Part shown: positions 8,094 to 17,287 of the stretch, piece after piece
Layout: each line of letters opens with the position of its first letter
How positions within the stretch are numbered: the stretch's first letter is position 1
DNA from: Acidobacteriota bacterium
GTDB lineage: Bacteria > Acidobacteriota > Vicinamibacteria > Vicinamibacterales > Fen-181
Assembly: GCA_017883185.1 (NCBI GenBank)
Contig: JADGOB010000004.1
Location: 5,940 to 69,939, forward strand
DNA length: 64,000 bases
Direction of reading: 5' to 3'
The notes under the pieces: generated by a model
Told to the model about the DNA's origin: nothing
Seen by the model: the letters and a program-made list of their open reading frames with translations, nothing else
Databases searched by the model: none
Made by a program: the position numbers and the translations under genes

Positions 8094-9095
8094 ATGCCGA
8101 GCGACGCGACCAGTAGGGTGCTCGTCACCGGAGCCACCGGGTTTACCGGGGGCCACCTGGCCCGAGCGCTGGCTGCGCGCGGGGAGCGCGTGCGCGTCCT
8201 GGTGCGGGACGGGGCGCGTGCCGGGGATCTCGCCGCGACTCCGGGGATAGAAGTGTGCGTCGGAGATCTGAAGGACCCGGCGGCGCGAACGCGCGCCGTG
8301 GACCGAGTGGTCACCGTTTACAACATCGCCGCCATCTATCGGCAGGCCGGCGTGCCGGCCTCGGAATACCGGGCCGTCAACACCGAGGCGGTTGCCGAGC
8401 TGGTGTGGGCCGCCGCCAGAGCGGGCGCGCGACGGGTGGTGCATTGTAGTACCGTTGGCGTGCACGGCGACGTCGAGCATCCGCCGGCGAACGAGGATGC
8501 GCCGTTGCGCCCCGGGGACGTGTACCAGGAAACCAAGCTCGAAGGGGAGCGTGCGGCTCGCGAGGCGGCGCAGGCGGCTGGCATCGAGCTGGTCATCGCC
8601 CGGCCCAGCGGCATCTACGGTCCCGGAGACCGCCGCCTGCTGAAGCTGTTCCGCGGCGTCGCGCGGCGCAGATTCCTGATTCTCGGCGCCGGAAACATCT
8701 ATTACCATCTGACCTACATCGACGATCTGGTCGAGGGGTTCCGCCTGTGCGGGACGGTCCCGGCGGCTGCCGGGCGGACCTACATCCTGGCCGGCGGTGA
8801 GGTGGGAACCTTGACGGCACTGGTGGGGCTGGTGGCTGAGGAAGCGGGCGTCAACCCCCCGTCGCTGCACCTGCCCGTGTGGCCGTTCTCTCTGGCGGGC
8901 GCGCTCTGCGAGGCGGTCTGCGTGCCGCTCCGCATCGAGCCGCCGCTCTACCGGCGCCGGGTGGACTTCTTCACCAAGAGTCGCGCGTTCGACATCGGGC
9001 GCGCGAAGGCCGAGCTCGGGTTTGCGCCGACGGTCGGGTTGCGCCAGGGCATACGGCGATCGCTGGAGTGGTATCGTGCGAAGGGGTGGCTCTAG
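8094..9095 (+). CDS. NAD-dependent epimerase/dehydratase (SDR family)
   Basis: Rossmann motif VLVTGATGFTGGHL and catalytic YxxxK (YQETK). Confidence 0.9.
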   Translation: MPSDATSRVLVTGATGFTGGHLARALAARGERVRVLVRDGARAGDLAATPGIEVCVGDLKDPAARTRAVDRVVTVYNIAAIYRQAGVPASEYRAVNTEAVAELVWAAARAGARRVVHCSTVGVHGDVEHPPANEDAPLRPGDVYQETKLEGERAAREAAQAAGIELVIARPSGIYGPGDRRLLKLFRGVARRRFLILGAGNIYYHLTYIDDLVEGFRLCGTVPAAAGRTYILAGGEVGTLTALVGLVAEEAGVNPPSLHLPVWPFSLAGALCEAVCVPLRIEPPLYRRRVDFFTKSRAFDIGRAKAELGFAPTVGLRQGIRRSLEWYRAKGWL

Positions 9096-9836
9096 ATGGC
9101 GGAGATCGCCCGCGTTCAGGATCAGCTGTCGGACCGGCGTCTCTCTGCGCGCCAGAAGTACGTCCGCCTGGTAGTCGGGCGTCCGGGCCTGGGCGCGCTC
9201 GTCGCGTACGAACTCACGGTGCTGGCGGCGCAGGCAGTGCCGGGCGCGCTTGGCCTGGCGCTTCGAAAGCTCCTCTACCCGCGGTTGCTGGGCGCGTGCG
9301 GCCGCAACGTGGTGTTCGGCCAGAACGTGGTGCTGCGGCACCCGCACAAGATCCGCGTCGGCGATGACGTGGTGATCGACGACAACTGCCTGCTCGACGC
9401 GAAGGGCGACGTCAACGCCGGCATCACGATCGGCCACGGTGTGTTCCTCGGGCGCAATACGATCCTCTCGTGCAAGAATGGCGATATCGAGCTCGGCGAT
9501 TCCGTCAACATCGGGTTCAACTGCGAGGTCTTCTCCGCCAGCCGGGTGACCATTGGCGCGAACGCGCTTTTTGCGGCTTACTGCTACGTGATCGGCGGCG
9601 ATCATGACCGGAGCGACGCCTCGCTGCCGGTCAGCCAGCAGCGGCGGACATCGGCCGGTGTGAGCGTGGGCGCCGGCGTGTGGATGGGCGCGGGGGCGAA
9701 GGTCATGGACGGCGTGTCGATCGGCGCCGATGCCATCATCGGGGCTGGCGCGGTGGTTCGCGGCGACGTGCCCGAGCGGGCGATCGCCGTCGGAATTCCG
9801 GCGCGGATCGTGGGTACCCGCGACATGCAGGGATAG
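9096..9836 (+). CDS. Left-handed beta-helix (hexapeptide repeat) acyl/acetyltransferase
   Basis: Hexapeptide periodicity is visible: IRVGDDVVIDDNCLLDA...ITIGHGVFLGRNTIL...VSVGAGVWMGAGAKVMDGVSIGADAIIGAGAVV. The ATG directly abuts the upstream stop. Confidence 0.85.
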   Translation: MAEIARVQDQLSDRRLSARQKYVRLVVGRPGLGALVAYELTVLAAQAVPGALGLALRKLLYPRLLGACGRNVVFGQNVVLRHPHKIRVGDDVVIDDNCLLDAKGDVNAGITIGHGVFLGRNTILSCKNGDIELGDSVNIGFNCEVFSASRVTIGANALFAAYCYVIGGDHDRSDASLPVSQQRRTSAGVSVGAGVWMGAGAKVMDGVSIGADAIIGAGAVVRGDVPERAIAVGIPARIVGTRDMQG

Positions 9837-9840
9837 CGGA

Positions 9841-10884
9841 ATGAGCCGCATTGCCGTCGTCACCTCAGGCCAGCCGTTTGGCGGCGGGGGCCACCTGGTC
9901 ATTGCGCGCGGCCTGGTCCAGGCACTGCGCGAGGCCGGCCACCAGGCCGAGGTGGTCTTGACGCCGCAGAACCGCTTTGGCCGGCAGTCGGCGGCCTACC
10001 TGGCGGCGTGGCTGAGCGATGTCGGGATGGCGCAGGACGGCGGCCGGATCGACCAGGTCGTGACGCTCCGGTATCCCGCATACGCGATCAGGCACGAGGC
10101 GCACGTGTGCTGGCTGACGCACAGGATGCGGGAGTACTACGACCTCTGGGACGCGTTCCACGCGACGCTGACTCCGGTTCAGCGTATGAAAGAGCGCGTT
10201 CGGCGCCGGGCGATCCACGCGGCCGACCGGTACTTCCTCACCCGGCGCGTGAAGCGGCTCTTCGTGATCTCCGGCACGATTCAACAACGCCTGGAGCGAT
10301 GGGGGAACATCCCATCCTCCGTGCTCCATCCGCCGCCGCCGCCGAGGCCGTATCGATGCGACGGTTACGGCGACTACATCTTCGCGGTCTCTCGCCTGAC
10401 CCCGCTCAAGCGGATGGACCTGTTGATTCGCGCGCTCGCCCAGCCGGCGGCAGCCGGCGTCCGGTGCGTCATCGCGGGCGACGGCGAGATGCGTGGCGAA
10501 CTGGACGCGCTCATCCGGGCGCTCGGGCTCGACTCGCGCGTCACGCTCGCGGGCGAGATCGACTCGCTGACGCTGGTCGATCACCTGGCCCGATGCCGCG
10601 CGGTCTGTTTTCCGGCGCAGGATGAGGACTACGGGTTCGTCACGGTGGAGGCCTTCGCGTCGCGCAAGCCGGTGGTGACGTGCGCCGATAGCGGTGGTCC
10701 CCTCGAGTTCGTGCACGACGGCGTCGAGGGGTTCGTGACGGCGCCCACGCCGGAGGCGGTCGCGCACGCGCTGGCGGCGGTGGCGGGCGATGAGCCGCTG
10801 GCGTGCCGCATGGGTGACGCGGGCTGGCGCGCTGTCTCGAATCTGACTTGGCCGCGGGTCGTGGAACGGTTGGTGATGGTCTGA
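9841..10884 (+). CDS. GT-B fold glycosyltransferase, family 4
   Basis: Start moved to MSRIAVVTSGQPFGGGGH; the track ORF begins at 9730, inside the acyltransferase gene. The C-terminal signature is FPAQDEDYGFVTVEAFASRKPVVTCADSGGPLEFV. Confidence 0.85.
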   Translation: MSRIAVVTSGQPFGGGGHLVIARGLVQALREAGHQAEVVLTPQNRFGRQSAAYLAAWLSDVGMAQDGGRIDQVVTLRYPAYAIRHEAHVCWLTHRMREYYDLWDAFHATLTPVQRMKERVRRRAIHAADRYFLTRRVKRLFVISGTIQQRLERWGNIPSSVLHPPPPPRPYRCDGYGDYIFAVSRLTPLKRMDLLIRALAQPAAAGVRCVIAGDGEMRGELDALIRALGLDSRVTLAGEIDSLTLVDHLARCRAVCFPAQDEDYGFVTVEAFASRKPVVTCADSGGPLEFVHDGVEGFVTAPTPEAVAHALAAVAGDEPLACRMGDAGWRAVSNLTWPRVVERLVMV

Positions 10885-11687
10885 TGCCGTATCGGTCTCC
10901 CCTTGAAACCCGCATCGCGAAGAAAACGACCCAGGCGATCTGCGACTTCGAGCTCATCGAGGAGGGCGACCGCATCGTGGTGGGCCTGTCTGGCGGGAAG
11001 GACAGCTGGGCGCTGATCCAGATTCTCGACGTGCTCCGTCGTCGCGCGAAGATCAACTTCTCGCTGATCGCCGTGAACGTCGATTCCGGGTACGCCGGCT
11101 ACAACCACCCCTTGATCTCCCGGACCTGCGAGGAGCGGGGATGGGAGTGCCGCATCGAGCATACGACGATTGGCGAGGTGATGGAGGACCTGCTGGACGT
11201 TGGCGACACGCCGTGCTCCCTCTGCGGACGGTTGCGTCGCGGCGTGTTGTACCGGATGGCGGGCGAACTGGGGGCGACGAAGATCGCGCTCGGGCACCAG
11301 GCGGACGACTGCATCGAGACGCTGCTGCTCAATCTCTTTTTCGAAGGGAACCTGAAGTCGATGCCGGCCCGGCTGGTGTCGGACAACGGGGCGCACGTCG
11401 TGATCCGCCCGCTCGTGTACGTCAGCGAGGCGGAGGCCAGGGCGTATGCCAAGGAATGCGAACTGCCCATCATCGGGTGCTGTTGCCCGTCGTGCGGCAA
11501 CCTGAGCCTCCAGCGTCAGCGCATCAAGCGCCTTCTGCTGGACCTGGAGCGGGAGCACCCGGGCCTCAAGAACTCGATGCTGGCCGCCCTGCGCAACGTC
11601 GCGCCGACGCACCTGCTCGACGCGCGCCTCAACCCTCCCGCCGCGCTTCGCGCACGGGTGCGCCTCGAGCCCGGGAGCCGCGGCTGA
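10884..11687 (+). CDS. ttcA: tRNA 2-thiocytidine biosynthesis protein TtcA (PP-loop ATPase with Fe-S Cys motifs)
   Basis: PP-loop GLSGGKDSWA and Cys motifs CSLCGRLRRG and CCCPSCG. The ATG overlaps the upstream TGA (ATGA at 10882..10886). Confidence 0.85.
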   Translation: MPYRSPLETRIAKKTTQAICDFELIEEGDRIVVGLSGGKDSWALIQILDVLRRRAKINFSLIAVNVDSGYAGYNHPLISRTCEERGWECRIEHTTIGEVMEDLLDVGDTPCSLCGRLRRGVLYRMAGELGATKIALGHQADDCIETLLLNLFFEGNLKSMPARLVSDNGAHVVIRPLVYVSEAEARAYAKECELPIIGCCCPSCGNLSLQRQRIKRLLLDLEREHPGLKNSMLAALRNVAPTHLLDARLNPPAALRARVRLEPGSRG

Positions 11688-11699
11688 TGGCCTTGCCCG

Positions 11700-13325
11700 T
11701 CAGGCGATCCGGGCCGGCGCATAGAACTGCGCAAGGGCGGCTTCTTCCTGTTCGACCCGAGCCTGGCTCCAGACACGCTCCTCGGCCATGACGGCGATGC
11801 ATCCCTCGGCGACGACGCGCCCGGGGTGACCTGCTGCGCCCAGCGGCACCCGGCGCGTCACCACGTCGGTCAGGGTGCAGGCCATCTCGGCCCGGAGCGC
11901 ATGCACGACTTGCGCGCGGATCACGGCGACGCCAGGCGCCACGCGCCGGGCGAGCGTGGGGCTGAGGGCGACCAGCGAGAGGATCGACCGGTACTCGCTC
12001 CCGTAGGTGGTCACCAACTGGCGCGCCACGTCGTCGCCCATGCCGGGAGGGGCCACGCGGCGGAGTTCGTCCACCATCGCCTCCACGTCGGGTCCGTTCC
12101 CGCCAGGCAACGGCACGTCGCCCGTGCGGGCGCGGGCTCGCCGGCCGAGCCGACGCATCACCACGTCAACGGCCTCTGCCGCCACACCGCGGCCGGTCGT
12201 GTACTTCACGCCCACCAGCGAGACCGCTCCTTCCACTCCGTCGTGCGCGTGGTCCCTGATCCGGAAATGGCCTTCGAGGCCGAGCTCCCCGCGACGGTTG
12301 CGGACGGCGGGCACCACGCCCCGGTGGACCAGCGTGATATCGCTGGCGTCGAGCCGAAGGGCGGGGAACGCCTGGTTCACCTCGTCGACGAACGACTCGA
12401 GTTCCTGGCTGGTCACGTCTGAATCCTCGGGCCCGCAGGTGGTCTGAGCGTGGGACGTGCCCGCGACGACACGCCCCTCCCACGGGACGACGAAGAGCAT
12501 CCGGCCGTCATTGGTGGAAGAGGCGAGCGCCGGACCTGCCATCGGGCGGCGAGTGACGAGGTTCATCGCCTTGATGAGAGGGAACGGGTGCGTGACGCCG
12601 AACGTCTTCATCATCCGGCCAGCGGCTGCGCCGGCCACGTTCAGCGTGATGCGGGCGCGGACGTCGAACTCCTGTCCTGTCAGGACGTCGCGTACGCGGG
12701 CTCCCGTGACCCGCGTGCCGTCCCGGAGCGAGGTGCAGGCCTCCGTGTAGTTCGCCAGGCAGGCGCCGGCGCGATCGGCGGCGAGGGCGAACGCCAGCGT
12801 GAGCCGGTCGGTGTTCCGCGTCTGGTAGTCATACCAGAGGGCGCCGCCGGTGAGCCCGGACTGCCGCACGTCGGGGAAGTACCGCAGGCATTCCGCGCGC
12901 GAGATCGTGCGGCCCATCGGGATGTGGAGCCGAGGGACGACGCCCTCGTTCCGGTCGCGGCCGATGACGGCGTCGGCGAGGAAGGCCACGCGCATCGCCA
13001 GGCGGCTCCGCGTCAGCGTCGTGTACGTCGGCATCAGGAACGGGAGCGGCGTCAAGAGGTGCGGAGCGATGCGGGCGACCGTCCGTCGCTCGACGATCGA
13101 TTCGCGCATCCGCTTCAGGTCGGCCGTCTGCAGGTAGCGAAGGCCGCCATGCACCGTCTTGAGATGGTTGAATGACGCGCCGGAGCCGAAGTCGCCACGC
13201 TCCACCAGCGCGACCGAGAGTCCGCGCTGCGCGGCGTCATACGCCGCGGCGAGGCCGTGGATCCCGCCGCCGATCACGAGGAGGTCGAACGAACGGTCTG
13301 CGAGAAAAGCGAGATCACGGTGCAT
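11700..13325 (-). CDS. glpD: FAD-dependent glycerol-3-phosphate dehydrogenase
   Basis: N-terminus DLLVIGGGIHGLAAAYDAAQRGLSVALVERGDFGSGASFNHLKTVHGGLRYLQ. Start set at MHRDLAF (ATG 13325), 27 codons inside the track ORF. Confidence 0.8.
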   Translation of the reverse strand: MHRDLAFLADRSFDLLVIGGGIHGLAAAYDAAQRGLSVALVERGDFGSGASFNHLKTVHGGLRYLQTADLKRMRESIVERRTVARIAPHLLTPLPFLMPTYTTLTRSRLAMRVAFLADAVIGRDRNEGVVPRLHIPMGRTISRAECLRYFPDVRQSGLTGGALWYDYQTRNTDRLTLAFALAADRAGACLANYTEACTSLRDGTRVTGARVRDVLTGQEFDVRARITLNVAGAAAGRMMKTFGVTHPFPLIKAMNLVTRRPMAGPALASSTNDGRMLFVVPWEGRVVAGTSHAQTTCGPEDSDVTSQELESFVDEVNQAFPALRLDASDITLVHRGVVPAVRNRRGELGLEGHFRIRDHAHDGVEGAVSLVGVKYTTGRGVAAEAVDVVMRRLGRRARARTGDVPLPGGNGPDVEAMVDELRRVAPPGMGDDVARQLVTTYGSEYRSILSLVALSPTLARRVAPGVAVIRAQVVHALRAEMACTLTDVVTRRVPLGAAGHPGRVVAEGCIAVMAEERVWSQARVEQEEAALAQFYAPARIA

Positions 13326-13359
13326 GAACGTCCTCGAGGTCTCCGGACGGCGTGGGCGC

Positions 13360-13388
13360 GTGACGCGCGCCCCCCGATATTCTATAGT
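13360..13388 (+). promoter_or_regulatory. Candidate sigma-70-type promoter GTGACG-N17-TATAGT placed for a near-leaderless transcript of 13397..14173
   Basis: -35-like GTGACG at 13360..13365 and -10 TATAGT at 13383..13388. The GTG start at 13397 is 8 nt after the -10. Sequence reading only. Confidence 0.3.
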
Positions 13389-13396
13389 AGTCAGCC

Positions 13397-14173
13397 GTGA
13401 CCACACCTTCGGCTCCGTCTTCGAACGACGCGGTCAGGCACTACTGGAACACGCGGATCCACGACCTCGAGATCAGCACGCACGCGCCGGGCACGCCGGG
13501 GTTCTTCGCCGACCTCGACGAGTATCACTTCGACAAGCTCCACCACCTGCTGCGCCTCGTGGATTTCGACGGGCAGCGGGGCAAGAAGGTGCTGGACGTC
13601 GGCTGCGGCGCCGGCGTGGACGCCGTTCGCTTCGCCCGCGCAGGCGCGCAGGTGACGGCGGTGGACATCGCGCCGGCGGCCATCGATCTCGCCACCCGCA
13701 ACTTCGAGTATCAGAAACTGTCGGCCGAGTTGACGGTGGCGGATGGCGAGCACCTGCCATTCCCCGACTCGAGCTTCGACTACGTGTTCGCGCACGGCGT
13801 CGTTCAGTACACCACGGGTGCGCAGGCGCTCGTCAACGAATGCCGGCGGGTGTTGCGGCCGGGCGGCGTCGCCGTGTTCCAGGTCTACAACCGCCTCTCG
13901 TGGCTGAACCTGCTGTCGAAGATCATGAAGGTCGGACTCGAGCACCAGGATGCTCCCGTCCTGCGAAAGTACAGCGCGGGCGAGTTCCGACGGCTGCTGA
14001 CACTCTTCGGTGGCGTTCGCCTGGTATTCGAGCGGTTTCCGGTCAGGTCCCGCCTGCACAAAGGCTGGAAGGGCGCCGTCTACAACTCCGTCTTCGTCGG
14101 CACCTTCAACGCCTTGCCGCGGTCGCTGGTCAGGCGATTCGGCTGGCATCTGCTGGCATTCTGCACCAGGTAG
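13397..14173 (+). CDS. Class I SAM-dependent methyltransferase
   Basis: Motif I reads VLDVGCGAGVDAVRFARAGAQVTAVDIAPAAIDLA. Confidence 0.85.
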   Translation: MTTPSAPSSNDAVRHYWNTRIHDLEISTHAPGTPGFFADLDEYHFDKLHHLLRLVDFDGQRGKKVLDVGCGAGVDAVRFARAGAQVTAVDIAPAAIDLATRNFEYQKLSAELTVADGEHLPFPDSSFDYVFAHGVVQYTTGAQALVNECRRVLRPGGVAVFQVYNRLSWLNLLSKIMKVGLEHQDAPVLRKYSAGEFRRLLTLFGGVRLVFERFPVRSRLHKGWKGAVYNSVFVGTFNALPRSLVRRFGWHLLAFCTR

Positions 14174-14176
14174 CAC

Positions 14177-14971
14177 ATGCTTCCCGTCATCAAGGCACAC
14201 GCGTACGGCAACGACTTCCTCTACGTCGAGGAACGTCACGTGGAGGGCCAGGGCCGGGTCGCGCTCGCCCGCGCCACGTGCGAGCGGCACACCGGGATCG
14301 GGGCCGATGGGTTGATCGTGTATCGCCGGACCGAGAGGGGAGCGGCGATGCAGCTTCTCAACGCGGACGGCAGCTATTCCGAGGTGTCGGGGAACGGGGT
14401 GCGCGGGCTGGCCGCCGTCCTGCTCGACGTGCACCAGTTGTCGCCAGCAGACAAGACCGTCATCATCGACACTGACGCGGGCGAGAAGCGCCTGGTGCTC
14501 CTCGGTCGCCATGAAGGCCGGGCCCTGTTCCGCGCGTCGATGGGTCAACCGACTACCCCAACGCAGGCGACACTGGATGTCTGCGGCGAGGCGCTGCCCG
14601 TGGTCGTCCTGCGGGTGGGGAACCCGCAATGCGTTCGACTGGAATCGCCGCTGAGCGAGGATCGGATGCACCGGCTGGGACGCGCGCTGGAACATCACGA
14701 GGCGTTCCCGGAGGGAACCAACGTCGAGTTTGCCTCGGTGGAGGCCCCTGGCCGGGTGCGGATCCTGATCTGGGAGCGCGGTGTCGGGCCGACCATGGCG
14801 TCTGGAACCGGGGCGTGTGCGGCGGCGGTGGCCTCGGCGGCCTTTGGCGGGGCGAACCGCGACGTCGAGGTGATCTCCCCCGGCGGCACGCAGCGGGTGG
14901 AGTGGCGGGACGACGGGCTGTACCTGACGGGATGGGCAGAGGTCGTCCTGCAAGGGCAGTGGATGCGGTAG
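14177..14971 (+). CDS. dapF: Diaminopimelate epimerase family protein (DapF-like) with Ser at both canonical catalytic Cys positions
   Basis: Family motifs are present: YGNDFLYV, NADGSYSEVSGNG, VGNPQCV, TNVEF, WERGVGPTMASGTGACAA. The fold assignment is confident. Enzymatic activity is uncertain (see findings). Confidence 0.85.
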   Translation: MLPVIKAHAYGNDFLYVEERHVEGQGRVALARATCERHTGIGADGLIVYRRTERGAAMQLLNADGSYSEVSGNGVRGLAAVLLDVHQLSPADKTVIIDTDAGEKRLVLLGRHEGRALFRASMGQPTTPTQATLDVCGEALPVVVLRVGNPQCVRLESPLSEDRMHRLGRALEHHEAFPEGTNVEFASVEAPGRVRILIWERGVGPTMASGTGACAAAVASAAFGGANRDVEVISPGGTQRVEWRDDGLYLTGWAEVVLQGQWMR

Positions 14972-15230
14972 CAACGAACGGACGTCGAAGTCTTCGCGTA
15001 CTTCCAGCGGCCAGATGGTGCAGATCCTGCTCGGCGTTCCTCTTCGACGCCGTCGCGGCCAGGACGCTCAGGGTCGCGGGCGAGGGGCCCGTGGCTTGCG
15101 GTCCGCGGATTTTGTCTCCAGAACCGCCGTCAAATGGTCGGCCACCCCCAGCGCAGCCTGCCGTGCCGCCGTATGGTCCTTCCGACTGAGCGCCTCGCGC
15201 GCTTTTTGCAGCGCAACAGTTGAAGTATAA

Positions 15231-15917
15231 ATGATGGGTGGGACACTCGCAGGATCGGTGCGCCCCGACGACCGGCCTCGCGAGAAGCTTGGCCGGATCG
15301 GCGCGCCCGCGCTTGGCGACGATGAACTGCTGGCCATCGTGATCGGCAGCGGCACGGCAGGATCTAGCGCGGTCGGCCTGGCACAGGCGCTGCTCGGCGC
15401 GACCGGCGGGCTCCACGGGTTGCTGCGGACGAGCCGCGACGACCTGCTCCGGGTGCGAGGCGTGGGCGAGGCGCGGGCCGCGCAGGTGCTGGCCGCGATC
15501 GAGATCGGCCGACGTGTCCTGGCGAGCCGGCCGAGCGAACGAATTCAGATCACGTGCCCGCGCGATGCCGCGCAGTTCCTGATGCCGGAGTACAGCGCGA
15601 GGCCCGTCGAGCAGTTCGGCGTGATCATGCTCGACACCCGTCACCGGGTGCTGCGAACGGTGGTCCTGACGGTCGGCTCGCTCGACGGCACAACCGTGCA
15701 GCCCCGCGAGGTGTTTCGCCAGGCGCTGATGGGATCGGCCGCGGCCGTCGTGATGTTCCACAACCACCCGTCCGGCGACCCGCAACCGAGTGGCGAAGAC
15801 GTGGAGTTGACCCGGCGGATGGTGGCGGCAGGACAACTGATGGGTATCGCCGTGATCGACCACGTTGTCCTCGGCGACGGGCGGTACTGCAGCCTGAAGG
15901 AATCCGGGTACCTGTAA
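15231..15917 (+). CDS. radC: RadC-family JAB/MPN domain protein
   Basis: N-terminus RPREKL...ELLAIVIGSG and the JAB metal motif HNHPSGDPQPSGEDVELT. Confidence 0.9.
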   Translation: MMGGTLAGSVRPDDRPREKLGRIGAPALGDDELLAIVIGSGTAGSSAVGLAQALLGATGGLHGLLRTSRDDLLRVRGVGEARAAQVLAAIEIGRRVLASRPSERIQITCPRDAAQFLMPEYSARPVEQFGVIMLDTRHRVLRTVVLTVGSLDGTTVQPREVFRQALMGSAAAVVMFHNHPSGDPQPSGEDVELTRRMVAAGQLMGIAVIDHVVLGDGRYCSLKESGYL

Positions 15918-15919
15918 AG

Positions 15920-17242
15920 ATGGCCAAGATCCTCTACTTCGACTGCTTCTCCGGCGCGTCGGGCGACATGGTCCTCGGCGCGCTTCTCGATGCCGGCCTT
16001 CCTCTGGCGGACCTGGAGTCCGCGATCGGGAGCCTGATGATTCCCGGCTACCGGCTCTCCGCGGAGCGGGTGCTGCGCTCCGGGCTGTCGGCGACCAAGT
16101 TCCGGCTGCACGAGGGGGAGGACGCGGAGCACCGGCATCTCGACGACCACGGGCCGCAGCACGGGCACGAGCATGGTCACGGCCACGAACATGGTCACGA
16201 CCACGGCCAGCCGCATCCACACGACGCGACTCAGGGCGGAGAGGAAAGCCAGCCGTTCAGGCACGAAGACCATCGTTCGCTGGGGGAGATCGTCACGCTG
16301 ATCGAGAAGTCGGCCCTTCCAGTGCGCGCGCGGGCGCGGGCGATCGAACTGTTCGGGCGACTGGCGGAAGCCGAAGCCGCGATCCACCAGATGCCCGTCG
16401 AACAGGTGCACCTCCACGAGGTCGGCGCCCTCGATTCGATCATCGACATCGTCGGCGCGGTGTTCGGCCTGGAGTGGTTCGGGGCGGACCGCATCGTGTC
16501 ATCCCCGCTGAACGTGGGCGGCGGCATGGTCCGGTCGGCTCACGGGGTCTTCCCGGTGCCTGCGCCCGCCACCCTCCGCCTGCTGCAGAACGTGCCGGTG
16601 TACTCGAGCGGCATCCAGATGGAAACGGTCACGCCCACCGGTGCGCTGCTGGTGGCGGGGTACGCAACAGAGTTCGGCCCAATGCCGGCGATGCGGGTGG
16701 AACGGGTCGGCTACGGTGCCGGGGATCGCGATCTCGAGGGGACACCGAACGTGCTGCGAATCGTCGTGGGCCGCGATGACACGGACCCGCACGCGCAGCG
16801 GGTTGTCGTCCTCGAGTGCGAGATCGACGACATGAACCCGCAGATTTTCGGGGTGCTGCTGGAGCAACTCTATGCGGCGGGCGCCCTGGAGGTGTTCTAC
16901 ACGCCCGTGCAGATGAAGAAGAACCGGCCGGGGACACTGATCACGGTGGTCGCGCAGCCCGACCTGCGCGACGCGCTGACAGGAATCGTCTTTCGCGAAA
17001 CCACGACGATTGGGCTACGCTATCAGGAATTGATGCGCGCCTGCCTCGACCGCGAGCTGGTCGTCGTCGAGACGTCGGTTGGCCCGGTTCGCGTCAAGCT
17101 CGCGCGTCGAGGCGGCGAGGTATTGAACGCCTCGCCCGAGTTCGAGGATTGCGTGCGCCTGGCGGCCGAGCGAGCGCTGCCGGTGAAGCAGGTCTACGGG
17201 CTGGCCGTTCAGGCCTACTGGCAGTCTTGTCACGAGGGGTAG
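15920..17242 (+). CDS. larC: LarC-family nickel insertion protein (DUF111)
   Basis: Start at MAKILYFDCFSGASGDMVLGALLDAG. A His-rich stretch reads EHRHLDDHGPQHGHEHGHGHEHGHDHGQPHPHD. The track ORF (15554) runs in through the radC 3' region. Confidence 0.85.
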   Translation: MAKILYFDCFSGASGDMVLGALLDAGLPLADLESAIGSLMIPGYRLSAERVLRSGLSATKFRLHEGEDAEHRHLDDHGPQHGHEHGHGHEHGHDHGQPHPHDATQGGEESQPFRHEDHRSLGEIVTLIEKSALPVRARARAIELFGRLAEAEAAIHQMPVEQVHLHEVGALDSIIDIVGAVFGLEWFGADRIVSSPLNVGGGMVRSAHGVFPVPAPATLRLLQNVPVYSSGIQMETVTPTGALLVAGYATEFGPMPAMRVERVGYGAGDRDLEGTPNVLRIVVGRDDTDPHAQRVVVLECEIDDMNPQIFGVLLEQLYAAGALEVFYTPVQMKKNRPGTLITVVAQPDLRDALTGIVFRETTTIGLRYQELMRACLDRELVVVETSVGPVRVKLARRGGEVLNASPEFEDCVRLAAERALPVKQVYGLAVQAYWQSCHEG

Positions 17243-17287
17243 CAGAGCGCTGAGAATGGCCGGGTGTTCCGAGTCGCAAGCAAACCT

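Noticed and set aside
15068-15225. A helical-looking minus-strand peptide (..STVALQKAREALSRKDHTAARQAALGVADHLTAVLETKSADRKP..) in the dapF-radC gap.
   Set aside because: There is no ATG, GTG or TTG start that would give more than ~24 aa. Third-position GC is lower than in real genes here, and no motif was recognised.
15379-15394. TGGCAC-N5-CTGCT (GG-N10-GC satisfied) inside radC. Other TGGCAC hexamers occur at 24821 (inside rnpB) and 27303 (inside the FimT-like CDS).
   Set aside because: All are inside well-supported genes or RNA. They are far from downstream starts or lack the -12 GC at correct spacing. GG-N10-GC is expected often by chance in GC-rich DNA.
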